Below the pieces are notes generated by a model. That model was not told the DNA's origin. It ran no database searches and was given only the letters and a program-made list of their open reading frames with translations. Shown here one piece after another: positions 7,297-16,335 of a stretch of 64,000 nucleotides of DNA (positions within the stretch are counted from its first letter, which is position 1; each line of letters begins with the position of its first letter). Location of the stretch: positions 115,166 through 179,165 of the forward strand of contig JANRJG010000014.1 in NCBI GenBank assembly GCA_033875315.1, in the 5' to 3' direction. The translations under genes were made by a program, and so were the position numbers. The DNA comes from Candidatus Methylacidiphilales bacterium. Lineage in GTDB: Bacteria > Verrucomicrobiota > Verrucomicrobiia > Methylacidiphilales > CAZTYG01.

Positions 7297-7618
7297 TGAC
7301 CGCGTCTTGCGGACGCGACCTCGCGGCAGCCCTACAGGTGATTCGTCTGGTCAGCTTAATTTGGTGTTATACCCAAACACGTTGAGTAGGCGGCGGGTTT
7401 TTCGGGAAGGCGAGGCTCCCGGGTCCACCCGTAGCGTCGTATGGCGGGACCGGGCCGTTCAGTGGTCTTTCTTCCGAAGGCGGCTCTGCAGGAGCTTCGC
7501 CCTCCCGCTGGGCGCACGATGGCCTGATGATTGTGGTTTTGTATCAATCCAAACCGAAAAACTTCGCGTCCTTCGCTTTCTTCACGCTCCTCGCGGTGAG
7601 CAACAGCCTACTTACGGC
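7297..7618 (-). repeat. repeat-dense non-coding tract: two arms plus an inverted pair of the GGAGCYTCGCCYTCCC module
   Basis: Reverse complement of 7557-7618 is CCGTAAGTAGGCTGTTGCTCACC GCGAGGAGC GTGAAGAAA GCGAAGGAC GCGAAGTTTTT. A degenerate arm lies at 7297-7350. GGGAAGGCGAGGCTCC (7404-7419) is complementary to GGAGCTTCGCCCTCCC (7491-7506). Confidence 0.6.
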
Positions 7619-7640
7619 CGCAGACTGGCTTCCGGAAGCC

Positions 7641-8087
7641 TCAGGTCTTGGGGACGCGGTGGGCGAGGTTGAGCAGGACTTCGTCGAGCATGCCGAGGTG
7701 GTCCTGGCGGTCCTCGTACTGGGCCTTGATGTCGGCCAGGTAGCCAAGCATGCCTTTCAGGCGTTTGGCCAGCAAGTCGGCCACGAAGAGGGTGAGCTCG
7801 GGCGTGGAACTGAGGAAGGCCCGCCCGCCGCGGGTCACGTGGCAGACCACCTCGGTGACCGCTTTCACGTCGACCTGGTGGGGCACGTCGAGCAGAACGG
7901 ACAATTCCCCGACGATGGAACCCGGTTCGGTGATGAAGGTGATGGGCGTGTCGCGCTGGACCACTTCGAGTTTCCCGGAAACCAGGATGTAGAGGCACCC
8001 GGTCTTCTGGCCCTGGGGCAGTAGCACCTCGCCGGGGGCGAAGCGGACCTGTTCCAGATCGCGGCAGAGTTCGAGGACGGAGGCCAT
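7641..8087 (-). CDS. cyclic nucleotide-binding domain protein
   Basis: ATG at 8085-8087 within ORF 7641..8189. FAPGEVLLPQGQKTGCLYILVSGKLEV ... GSIVGELSVL is typical of the cNMP-binding beta-roll. Confidence 0.8.
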   Translation of the reverse strand: MASVLELCRDLEQVRFAPGEVLLPQGQKTGCLYILVSGKLEVVQRDTPITFITEPGSIVGELSVLLDVPHQVDVKAVTEVVCHVTRGGRAFLSSTPELTLFVADLLAKRLKGMLGYLADIKAQYEDRQDHLGMLDEVLLNLAHRVPKT

Positions 8088-8243
8088 GACGGCAGGATGC
8101 CGGAGGACGGACGGCGGACGCCAGCAAAAAGACGGGCCCGGACCTGATGCCACCGTTTCAGAGCCCACCCGGGCGGATACTGGAGCCACCCACTTGAAAC
8201 CATACCCCGCATCTTATGATAAGCAGTTGCGGAGAATATCAAT

Positions 8244-8474
8244 ATGCACTATTTGTATGTCATGAAGACCACCATTGATATTCCCGATCAGGAGCTTTTG
8301 GACGCGATGAAGTACTCCGGAGCGACCACGAAACGGGAAGCGGTCTTGCAGGCGTTGCAGGCATTCAACCACAAGAACCGCATGGAGGAATTGCTGAAGT
8401 TTTCAGGCACCTGCGACTTCCCTACGAATGAATCCCTGGAAGTGCTGGAATCCAAAGAAGAACGGCGGCGATGA
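8244..8474 (+). CDS. vapB: type II antitoxin VapB (DUF2191-like)
   Basis: MKTTIDIPDQELLDAMKYSGATTKREAVLQAL. GGAGAA sits 7 nt upstream of ATG 8244. Alternative ATG at 8262. 4-nt ATGA overlap with the PIN gene. Confidence 0.8.
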   Translation: MHYLYVMKTTIDIPDQELLDAMKYSGATTKREAVLQALQAFNHKNRMEELLKFSGTCDFPTNESLEVLESKEERRR

Positions 8475-8851
8475 CGTTGGTGGACACCTCATCCTGGGTG
8501 GAGCAGCTCCGCAAGCGAGGCCGGGCGGATGTGCGGAAGCGGGTGGAGGATTTACTGCGGAACGGCGAGGCGGTTTGGTGTGCCCCGGTGGAGTTGGAAT
8601 TGTGGGCCGGGGTGGGTTCGGATCATGAACGGAACGTATTGCGCCGTTTTGCCGAGGTGCTGCCCCGTCTTCGGGTGGATGACACGGTGTGGCAACGGGC
8701 GGTTCACTTGGCCGATGCCGCGCGGGCGCGGGGATTGACGGTGCCTTCTTCGGACATTCTGATTTTTGCCTGTGCCCGGGAACACGGCGCCGCGCTGGAG
8801 CATGCAGACCGGCATTTTGAAATGCTGGAAAAGTTGGATGCTGCAGGATGA
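8471..8851 (+). CDS. vapC: PIN-domain toxin VapC
   Basis: MTLVDTSSWVEQL, with acidic residues (D5, E42 region, D-containing SSDILIFA). 126 aa, immediately coupled to vapB. Confidence 0.85.
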   Translation: MTLVDTSSWVEQLRKRGRADVRKRVEDLLRNGEAVWCAPVELELWAGVGSDHERNVLRRFAEVLPRLRVDDTVWQRAVHLADAARARGLTVPSSDILIFACAREHGAALEHADRHFEMLEKLDAAG

Positions 8852-9102
8852 TGATACCAACTCCGATTGATTAGTCGCGAAAGCGCCCCGGAGGGCCGTA
8901 CGCTGAGCGGCTTGGTCGCCCCGTGATGCAAGCAAATGGGGCCCGTCTTGCAACCACGCTTCAAGCGGCGACCCTCCGATTGAAACAGGCTCATTCAACA
9001 TGATTTGGCATTGGCCACCTATCTGATTGATGGCAGAAAAATAGGGAGTGGACTGAAGGCTATTCCGAAGAAGAGCCGCGACTCCGCCTGGAGCGGTCCG
9101 GT

Positions 9103-10935
9103 TCAACCGGATGCGGCTTGCTCGGCGCGTTTGCGCTTGTTGGGGTCGAGGTGCCGCTTGCGCAGGCGCAGGCTGAGCGGTGTCGCTTCGAGCAATTCGT
9201 CGTCGGCCAGGTATTCCAGCGCGCGTTCCAGGCTCATCTTGATCGGGGTCATGAGCTGGATGCCCTTGCCGTCGCCCTGCGAACGCATGTTGGTCAGGGC
9301 TTTGGCCTTGCACGGATTGGCCACCATGTCCTCGGGACGGACGTTTTCGGCGAAGATCATGCCGCAATAAACCGGTTCACCGGGTCCGATGAAGGGCTTG
9401 CAGCGTTCCTGCAGGGCGGAGAGCGAGTAGGCGGTCGATTCCCCGTTTTCCATGGCGATGACGACGCCGTTGTTGCGGCTGACGACTTCGCCGCGGAAGG
9501 CGCCGTATTCCTTGAAGATGTGGGACATGATGCCCATGCCCTTGGTCATGTTCTTGAGGTCGGTTTCGAAGCCGATGATGCCGCGGGTCGGGATGTCGGC
9601 GGTGACATAGACCGTGGTGGCCTGGTGCTTCATGTCCTTGATCTCGCCTTTCCGGCTGGCGAGGTTCTGGAGGGTATCGCCGAGGTTTTCCGTCGGGACT
9701 TCCACGTAGAGGGTTTCGATGGGCTCGAGCTTGTTGCCGTTCTCGTCCTTCTGGAAAATGACCTGCGGGCGGGAGACCATGAGCTCGAAGCCCTCGCGGC
9801 GCATCTGTTCGACCAGGATGGCGATCTGCATTTCGCCGCGGGCGCTGACGATGAAGGTGCCGGCGGCATCGGTGTCCTTGACGAAGAGCGAGACGTTGGT
9901 GCGGGTTTCCTTGATCAGGCGGTCGCGGATGTGGCGGGCGGTCAGGAGTTTGCCCTCCTTGCCGCAGAGGGGACCGTCGTTGACCATGAATTGCATTTCG
10001 ATGGTCGGGGGATCGATGGCGACGAAGGGGAGGGCTTCGGCGGTCTCCGAATTGGTGATGGTTTCGCCGATAAAGACTTCTTCGACCCCGGCCAGGCCGA
10101 TGATGGTGCCAGCGGTGGCGGATTCGATTTCGACCTGCTCCAGCCCATGGTAGCCGAAGAGTTTGGTGACCTTGGCCTTGGTCTTGGTGCCGTCGCCGTG
10201 GCTGCACCAGATGGTTTCGCCCATCTTGATCGTGCCGGAGTAGACCTTGCCGTAGGCGATGCGGCCGACGTAGTCCGAGTAGTCGAGGTTGGCCACCAGG
10301 AGGGTGAAGTGTTCGTGCGGGAGGAGCTGGGGGGCGGGCACGTATTTGAGGACGCTGTCGAAGAGGAAGGTCATGCCGGCGTTCTTGGTCGCTTCGGTGA
10401 GTTCGCCTTCCCATTTCTCGACCGCGAAGCCGTCCTTGCCCGAGGCGTAGACGATGGGGAAATCGAGCTGCTCGTCGGTGGCGTTGAGTTCGAGGAAGAG
10501 TTCGAAGACCATGTCGAGGACGGCATGGGGACGGGCGTTGGGGCGGTCGATTTTGTTGATGACGACGATGGGCTTGGCCCCGACTTCGAGGGCCTTGCGC
10601 AGGACGAATTTGGTCTGGGCCTGGGGACCGTCGAAGGAATCGACAACCAGGAGGACGCCGTCGATCATCTTGAGGATGCGTTCGACTTCGCCGCCGAAGT
10701 CGGCGTGGCCGGGGGTGTCGACGATGTTGATGTGGACGCCCTTGTATTCGAAGGAGGCGTTCTTGGCCCGGATGGTGATGCCTTTTTCCTTTTCCAGGTC
10801 CATGGAATCCATGACGCGTTCGGCGACGACCTGGTTGGTGCGGAAGGTGCCGGCCTGCTTGAGGAGCTGGTCGACCATGGTGGTTTTGCCGTGGTCAACG
10901 TGGGCGACGATGGCGATGTTGCGAATTTCTTTCAT
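9103..10935 (-). CDS. typA: translational GTPase TypA/BipA
   Basis: [39 protein letters not shown] and NKIDRP, 610 aa. ATG at 10933-10935. The 968-aa track ORF is upstream read-through. Confidence 0.95.
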   Translation of the reverse strand: MKEIRNIAIVAHVDHGKTTMVDQLLKQAGTFRTNQVVAERVMDSMDLEKEKGITIRAKNASFEYKGVHINIVDTPGHADFGGEVERILKMIDGVLLVVDSFDGPQAQTKFVLRKALEVGAKPIVVINKIDRPNARPHAVLDMVFELFLELNATDEQLDFPIVYASGKDGFAVEKWEGELTEATKNAGMTFLFDSVLKYVPAPQLLPHEHFTLLVANLDYSDYVGRIAYGKVYSGTIKMGETIWCSHGDGTKTKAKVTKLFGYHGLEQVEIESATAGTIIGLAGVEEVFIGETITNSETAEALPFVAIDPPTIEMQFMVNDGPLCGKEGKLLTARHIRDRLIKETRTNVSLFVKDTDAAGTFIVSARGEMQIAILVEQMRREGFELMVSRPQVIFQKDENGNKLEPIETLYVEVPTENLGDTLQNLASRKGEIKDMKHQATTVYVTADIPTRGIIGFETDLKNMTKGMGIMSHIFKEYGAFRGEVVSRNNGVVIAMENGESTAYSLSALQERCKPFIGPGEPVYCGMIFAENVRPEDMVANPCKAKALTNMRSQGDGKGIQLMTPIKMSLERALEYLADDELLEATPLSLRLRKRHLDPNKRKRAEQAASG

Positions 10936-11030
10936 GGGTATTCCGTGGAAAAGGAGGACTAGGTCTAGCAGCCGCCCGGGGACGGGCAAGGCCTTTGTGT
11001 GCGACGGCTGAAGAGTCGGACTCCCCGGGG

Positions 11031-11945
11031 TCAGCGTTGCAGGATGATTTTTTGCCCGGCTTCCACTTTGAGGAACTGGCCGGCGGAGCCTTCCTTGACC
11101 GCGATCTCGGCCTCGTCGTCGCTGTTGATCAGGATGAAGGGGCGTTTGTCGGGGGCTTCGGCGTAGTTGGCGATGAAGGGCAGGGAGTAGGTTTTGCCGC
11201 CGACGAGCACCCGGAGGAGGGCGTTCTTGGGCATGGGGTCGAGGAATTCGCGGGGGATGTTGGTCAGGACATTGCCAAATCCGTCGATGTGGGAGATTTC
11301 GCCGTTCACTTTGTCGCCGAGGGTGGCGGGTGGGTTGATGGAGAGGAGATTGAGTTTCTTCATCACCGGGCCGACGGACGAGAAGGAGGTCCCGGCGGCG
11401 AGGTGGGCCGCGACCGGTCCGAAGATATCGCGGCCATGGAAGGTGGAGGAAACATCCGGGGTGCGGAACAGTTCCCGGTTTTCGATCGAGCGGGCTTCGG
11501 CGAGTTTTTCCCGCAGGACGACATGGCTGAACAGGCCGTTGTCGGGTCCGATGAAAATACGGCCGGTGCGGGTTTGCAGGGCCACGGCGGCGCGGGCCGA
11601 GCCCACTCCGGGATCGACGACGGCCACCACGATGGTGTCGGCGGGGAAATGACGGACCGCCTTGTCGAGGAAGTAAGAACCTTGGCGGACGTCGTGGGAC
11701 CGGATGGTGTGGCTCAGGTCCACCAGCCGGGCATCGGGATAGATGGACAGGATGGCGCCCTTCATCTGGGCGACGTAGGGGTCCTGGGAACCGAAGTCGG
11801 TGAGCAGGGCGATGGGGCGGTTCATGGGGGGAGGCGTGCTGCAGGAAACCCACACCAGGGAAACCCCGGCCAAGAGAAGCAGGGGCCACCGGCGGAGGTG
11901 GCGGTGGAGGAGAGAGGAGCAATGGACTGGAAGGGCGCTGGACAC
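11031..11945 (-). CDS. SAM hydrolase / SAM-dependent halogenase family protein (DUF62)
   Basis: IALLTDFGSQDPYVAQMKG, VVDPGVGS, GPDNG and FHGRDIFGPVAAHLAAG. GTG at 11945 adds a lipoprotein-like leader. Alternative ATG at 11825 (MNRPIALLTDFG). Confidence 0.8.
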   Translation of the reverse strand: MSSALPVHCSSLLHRHLRRWPLLLLAGVSLVWVSCSTPPPMNRPIALLTDFGSQDPYVAQMKGAILSIYPDARLVDLSHTIRSHDVRQGSYFLDKAVRHFPADTIVVAVVDPGVGSARAAVALQTRTGRIFIGPDNGLFSHVVLREKLAEARSIENRELFRTPDVSSTFHGRDIFGPVAAHLAAGTSFSSVGPVMKKLNLLSINPPATLGDKVNGEISHIDGFGNVLTNIPREFLDPMPKNALLRVLVGGKTYSLPFIANYAEAPDKRPFILINSDDEAEIAVKEGSAGQFLKVEAGQKIILQR

Positions 11946-12074
11946 GTTGGCAGAACATTAACGGAGACGGGGAGAAGGTAAACCTTGGAAATCGGGAAAG
12001 CTGGGGCATGTTGGGGGTAGATTCGGCTTGAAGAACCCGCCGATGAAGCCCCAGTTTTAATTGCCTCCCCGACC

Positions 12075-12953
12075 ATGGCCAACGCGCTCCTACCCGAATA
12101 CCTCCAGTTCCACGGGCAGTCCCGGAACACCGGGTGCATGACCGTGCAGAGTGATTTGGGCACCGCCCTCATCTACATGATGGACGGCGAGGTCATCCAC
12201 GCCGAGTCCGAAGGGCAAAGGGGCATCATCGCGCTTTTTCAAGCCATGGGCTGGGATCCGGTCACCATCAGCTGGCAGGAAGGAGCCATCCCCCCGGTCG
12301 TGCAGTCGAGGCACCCGGTCGATGCCCTCCTCTTCCAATACGCCCAGCTCGAGGACACCCAGCAGACCGACATGGAGTCGCTGCAAAGAAACTTTGGCGA
12401 CAGCACCCATGAACCGGATGACATCCGCCTGATGGATCTGGGCCAATACCAAATTTCCTTCGAGGTCCTCAACACCCCCTTCCGCGGTTTTCTTTTTTAC
12501 CTGGAGAAGGCCGTCTCCCTGGTCGGGCGCGGGGAGGACTGCGACATCATCCTCCCGGACGCCTCGGTCTCCAGCCACCACTGCAAGATCACCCTGGAAA
12601 AACACTGCATCCGCGTCGTCGATCTTGGTTCGACCAACGGCACCCGCATCAACAACGAGATCATCGCCGAACGCATCCTCCAGCCGGGAGATGCCTTCCA
12701 AATCGGTTCCGTCATGGTGGCGATGAACCTGAAGCTGCGCCGCAACCTCGATGCCCAGAAGGTGGCGTTGACGACCAAGCAGTTGAATGTCTCCACCCTG
12801 GCCGCATCCGGTCAGACCCAGTTGATCGACCCCAAGGCGCTGATGAAGAAATCCGGCAAGCTCGAGGGGCCCATCACCTGGAAAAACCTCACCGGTGAAG
12901 GGGCCAAGAAGGGCGACAACAGCCTCTTCACGAAGATGTTCGGCAAGAAGTGA
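12075..12953 (+). CDS. DUF4388 (PatA-like N-terminal) plus FHA domain protein
   Basis: GCMTVQSDLGTALIYMMDGEVIHAE is the DUF4388-like part. VSLVGRGEDCDIILPDASVSSHHCKI ... DLGSTNGTRINN is the FHA part. Confidence 0.75.
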   Translation: MANALLPEYLQFHGQSRNTGCMTVQSDLGTALIYMMDGEVIHAESEGQRGIIALFQAMGWDPVTISWQEGAIPPVVQSRHPVDALLFQYAQLEDTQQTDMESLQRNFGDSTHEPDDIRLMDLGQYQISFEVLNTPFRGFLFYLEKAVSLVGRGEDCDIILPDASVSSHHCKITLEKHCIRVVDLGSTNGTRINNEIIAERILQPGDAFQIGSVMVAMNLKLRRNLDAQKVALTTKQLNVSTLAASGQTQLIDPKALMKKSGKLEGPITWKNLTGEGAKKGDNSLFTKMFGKK

Positions 12954-12960
12954 CCCCCGG

Positions 12961-13938
12961 TCAGCGCCGGATGTCCTGCGGCTTCCATGAGGCGTATTGC
13001 CCGCCGCTGTCCCTTGCCAGTCGCTGGAGTAAGACCTCCGGCCGGCTCCCGCCCGTGAGGTAGAAGCCCACGGCATCAATGCGGGTGCGCCGTCCCCTGC
13101 GGTTCTGGAGGTGGTTCACCTCGGCCACAATGGCCGCATCCTCGGAGTTGGCCTCGCCGTCGCTCAGCAAAAGAAGGGTGTCGGCCTCCATGGAGAGGGC
13201 CAGGCGCAGGGCATCCTGCAGGTTCGTGCTGCCCCCGCAATCCACCCCGCTTTCCAGGTAACGCCGGGCGGCAAGGACTTGGCCCGACTCCGCCGACACG
13301 GGGCCCGGTCGGAAGGCGTCCACACGGTCGGCGAAAAGCAGGATGTTGAAACGTTGGCCGGCCTCCAGGCCTTCCAGAGCACGGGCCACGCCGTCAAAGG
13401 CTTCACGCAACCGATTCCCCTTGCCGGACTTTTCCAACATGCTCCCGGAAACATCAATGACAAAGACCACCGTGCCGCCGGTGAAGGGTCGTCCGAAGAA
13501 AGTGGGTGCGGTGCGTGGTCCGGATGCGGCGGTGCCGGCGTTCGGGGGCGAGGATGGCCGGGCCGCTCCCGTTGCAGCGCCGGGAACCGCCGACGCCGGG
13601 GACGAAGGAGAACGGGTGGTGATCGTCGCAGGAGAAGTGGCCGGGACGGCCGGAGAGGAGGGTTCTCCGACGTTGGCCGGCGTGCCCGCCACCGGGATGC
13701 GGAAAAACACCTCTTCTTTCTGGGCGGTTTCGATTTCCGGCCTGTTCAGTCCCTCGGCAAAAGCCGCCGGCAGCACCGGACTGGAACCCTTTCGGATTGC
13801 ATGAAGCGGGAGGCCGTGAATGGCCACCAGCAGGAGGAGGTGGCCGGTGGCTGAAAGGGCCAGAATACCCCCGAACGGACTGATCCGCCCTTTCGCGGTG
13901 ATCCGCTCCAACAGCCCCGGGAGGAAGCGAACGGTCAC
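12961..13938 (-). CDS. membrane-anchored von Willebrand factor A domain protein
   Basis: N-terminal TM (GGILALSATGHLLLLVAIHG), a Pro/Ser-rich linker, and MIDAS VVFVIDVSGSM. GTG start overlaps the upstream stop (GTGA). Confidence 0.8.
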   Translation of the reverse strand: MTVRFLPGLLERITAKGRISPFGGILALSATGHLLLLVAIHGLPLHAIRKGSSPVLPAAFAEGLNRPEIETAQKEEVFFRIPVAGTPANVGEPSSPAVPATSPATITTRSPSSPASAVPGAATGAARPSSPPNAGTAASGPRTAPTFFGRPFTGGTVVFVIDVSGSMLEKSGKGNRLREAFDGVARALEGLEAGQRFNILLFADRVDAFRPGPVSAESGQVLAARRYLESGVDCGGSTNLQDALRLALSMEADTLLLLSDGEANSEDAAIVAEVNHLQNRRGRRTRIDAVGFYLTGGSRPEVLLQRLARDSGGQYASWKPQDIRR

Positions 13939-14312
13939 ACGGGAGGGGGACTGTCGCCGCGATGGCGTTCGGGGTCGTCGATCATCTTCCAGAACTGGGG
14001 GTTCTTCTGCAGTTCCTCGTCCTCACCTCCGGGAAGGGAAGAACGGAAGAAAAAATCCTTCAGGGTGTTTTTGTGCAGCACGCGGTGGACGGTCAACCCC
14101 TGCTTGGTCTTCTCAAAATAGATCCGGTAGTCCTTGGCCCGGTAGCGGAAAAGCTTCCGCTCGTCCTGGGTGATGACCCCGAACAGGTCGGGGTGTTCCT
14201 CAAAAAAATTGGGGGTCAGGACATGGAACTGGTCCAGCACCTCCAATTGCAGAAGCTTCGGCATCTGCGACATCTCTGCGGAACTGGTGGGCGTGAAAAC
14301 GATCTGCATCAT
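13935..14312 (-). CDS. RelE/ParE-fold toxin-like protein with acidic C-terminal extension
   Basis: IVFTPTSSAEM ... LFRYRAKDYRIYFEKTKQGLTVHRVLHKNTLKDF follows the RelE/ParE pattern (YRxRxGDYRxxY ... HR). No antitoxin-sized ORF upstream. Confidence 0.5.
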   Translation of the reverse strand: MMQIVFTPTSSAEMSQMPKLLQLEVLDQFHVLTPNFFEEHPDLFGVITQDERKLFRYRAKDYRIYFEKTKQGLTVHRVLHKNTLKDFFFRSSLPGGEDEELQKNPQFWKMIDDPERHRGDSPPPV

Positions 14313-14361
14313 GGACGGAGAAAGTTAACCTTGTTCCCATCCATCCCGCAAGCGGGAGGTT

Positions 14362-15084
14362 TCAACGGATGCGCCGGCCCCGGTCCCATTGGTAATCGAT
14401 GGGATCGACCTCGAATGCCATCTCCAGCTCCGCCCCCGCCTCCCGCATCACCGGAACATCCTCGTCCAGCACGGCCACCGGCCTGCTGCACCACCGGCTT
14501 TCGTCGCGGGTGATCGTGAGGGCATGGATCGAGTCCCCCCTATGCGAAAGGGCGCAGGCGGGATACTTCAACAAACGAACCGCCTCCTCCACACTGTGGA
14601 AGGGGGAGTGGTCGCGGTCACGCAGGGAGGCCGCGCGGTCCAAAGTCCACCGGGCGGGCTGCGATCCACCGATTTGGATCTGGGTCCGGGGACCGTTTTC
14701 CTGCCAGGCCACGCGGGAGGCGTGGAATTGGAAGTCGGTCATGATGTTGCCGATGGGAACCAACGGAGGCAGGTCGCAGTCGCTGCGTAAAAAATACAGA
14801 CCCGCCCGCATCGAGCCGTCGGCCAGGCGGGCCCGGCAGAGGATGCGGAGGGCGGCGTGGTGGTAGTGAAAACCCATCCACGGCGGTAATGGGGCCGGCC
14901 GCATGTGGCGCACCTCACACACCACCCAATGGTAGAATCCAAACCCGTAGTGTTCGACGACCTCCAAGCCCCCGGGCAGACGGGCCTGCACCGACTCGAT
15001 GGGTGCCCGGTAAACCACCAACCAGCAGCGGGCCAGGCGGCCTCGCATGGCCAGGGGGTTGGGGGGAAGGGAGATCAGACCCAT
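14362..15084 (-). CDS. DUF2071-like protein (acetoacetate decarboxylase-like fold family)
   Basis: ATG at 15082-15084 within ORF 14362..15237. The pattern LPGGLEVVEHYGFGFYHWVVCEVRHMRPAP ... AGLYFLRSD resembles DUF2071/COG3361. Confidence 0.55.
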   Translation of the reverse strand: MGLISLPPNPLAMRGRLARCWLVVYRAPIESVQARLPGGLEVVEHYGFGFYHWVVCEVRHMRPAPLPPWMGFHYHHAALRILCRARLADGSMRAGLYFLRSDCDLPPLVPIGNIMTDFQFHASRVAWQENGPRTQIQIGGSQPARWTLDRAASLRDRDHSPFHSVEEAVRLLKYPACALSHRGDSIHALTITRDESRWCSRPVAVLDEDVPVMREAGAELEMAFEVDPIDYQWDRGRRIR

Positions 15085-15536
15085 AAGACCGCTCCTGTCA
15101 GAAAGAGTGCCGCCCCGTCGAGTCCGATGAACCAACCGATGAGCAAATTGATAACTGAGGTTCCCAGCCGGCGTCCGTTCAATACGAACACGCCCAGCAT
15201 GAGAACATGCGAGGCCAATATCGAAACCACATACCAAGCAATCCCTGAGTCAAAACAGGAACCCAGCGAAGCGAGACCCAGCAGCATGGAGCCCGCGGCC
15301 ATGCTGCGCAGGCAAATGCGGGCGGCAGTCATGAGACTCCAGCCAAAGATCAGCGGGCACAAAGCCCCGAAGAGAACCCAGGCCAAGCCGGGCAGGACCC
15401 ACATCAGCAGGATGCCATCTTGGTGCGTGAGACCGCCGGTGGCCGACGCGAGCGAATGGCCTAACAGTCCCGGTCCCAGAAAAGACAAGACCCCGTAGAT
15501 CAGATTCACAAGGACCCCCTTGAGGCCAACCGCCAC
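15075..15536 (-). CDS. multi-pass membrane protein (function unknown)
   Basis: About four hydrophobic helices. Start uncertain: GTG at 15536, or GTG at 15509 overlapping the upstream TGA. Confidence 0.5.
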   Translation of the reverse strand: MAVGLKGVLVNLIYGVLSFLGPGLLGHSLASATGGLTHQDGILLMWVLPGLAWVLFGALCPLIFGWSLMTAARICLRSMAAGSMLLGLASLGSCFDSGIAWYVVSILASHVLMLGVFVLNGRRLGTSVINLLIGWFIGLDGAALFLTGAVLWV

Positions 15537-15886
15537 GCCCAAAGGCTGAGGCCGGTCATGATGACGGGCCACAATAACAACGGGGGTAGATGGTGGGTTT
15601 GGTAGGCAACAAACAAGCCCAAGGCGACGCCCAGTCCATTGTAAGCGGCACTGACCAACCACAGGTAGCGCTGGGTGGGCTTATTGCGGCTTGCTTGGAG
15701 GTAGGTCCACCAGAGCACGTATCCGGGGATGGCGATGAGGATGCAGCCCAACGAACAGGCAGCCTCTTTCCAATTACGGAATTGAAAGAGATAAGCGACC
15801 GGGAAGATGAGATAGATGCCCGCGAGTATGCCCAGGAGTCCATTGAGCACGGCCATAGCTCGCGCGATCCAGCGAAACGTATTCAT
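15506..15886 (-). CDS. multi-pass membrane protein (function unknown)
   Basis: ATG at 15884-15886 (MNTFRWIARAMAVLNGLLGILAGIYLIF). Four predicted helices. 4-nt overlap with the DCC gene stop. Confidence 0.55.
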   Translation of the reverse strand: MNTFRWIARAMAVLNGLLGILAGIYLIFPVAYLFQFRNWKEAACSLGCILIAIPGYVLWWTYLQASRNKPTQRYLWLVSAAYNGLGVALGLFVAYQTHHLPPLLLWPVIMTGLSLWAWRLASRGSL

Positions 15887-16305
15887 CGGCTGCAGCCCCC
15901 TGTATGACAGAGAACGCCCATGGCCGCGTCTTTCAACCCGTCGGGTTGCAGGCCGAGCAGGTTCGAGACCCGGTGGCGATTCGAGGAAATCAGGCGATAC
16001 AGGTTTCGGATCAAAGGCCGGAAGGATGAGTGAGCAAACTTGTCGGCCAGATCCCGGTAATCTCGCAGGGTGTATAGACACATCACCCATGCGGCATCGC
16101 CCATCCAGAGATCGCCGTTGTCGGCAATGGCCAGCATCTGTTCCTCCGGTCGCATCTGCCGCAGGTCACCAAATCGCCGGGCCACTTCCTCTGATTGCAA
16201 CGGCAGGAATTCCAGGGGAATGATCTGGTCCTGTGCCTCCAGCCAATCGCGGCACCGGCAGCAGAACCCGCACGAGCCGTCATACAACACCGTCAATCGT
16301 TTCAT
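15883..16305 (-). CDS. thiol-disulfide oxidoreductase DCC family (DUF393)
   Basis: MKRLTVLYDGSCGFCCRCRDWL is the DCC signature (YDGxCxxC). ATG at 16303-16305. Confidence 0.75.
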   Translation of the reverse strand: MKRLTVLYDGSCGFCCRCRDWLEAQDQIIPLEFLPLQSEEVARRFGDLRQMRPEEQMLAIADNGDLWMGDAAWVMCLYTLRDYRDLADKFAHSSFRPLIRNLYRLISSNRHRVSNLLGLQPDGLKDAAMGVLCHTGGCSR

Positions 16306-16335
16306 TTTTTTGAATCTGTTGGGTGTCGTCCCCAT

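Noticed and set aside
7229-7672. 147-aa ORF inside the repeat-dense tract
   Set aside because: Arg/Gly/Ser-rich, built from the intergenic repeat modules, and runs into the antisense of the cNMP-binding gene. No coding-like periodicity.
9118-10962. 614-aa plus-strand ORF antisense to typA
   Set aside because: G/D/E/A/V-rich, motif-free translation typical of the antisense frame of a high-GC gene. typA on the other strand is unambiguous.
9103-12009. 968-aa ORF suggesting a giant TypA with a 358-aa Pro/Arg-rich N-terminal extension
   Set aside because: The extension is read-through of a stop-free frame in high-GC DNA and overlaps the well-supported DUF62 gene (11031-11945) in another frame. 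TypA homology begins exactly at ATG 10935 ([18 protein letters not shown]).
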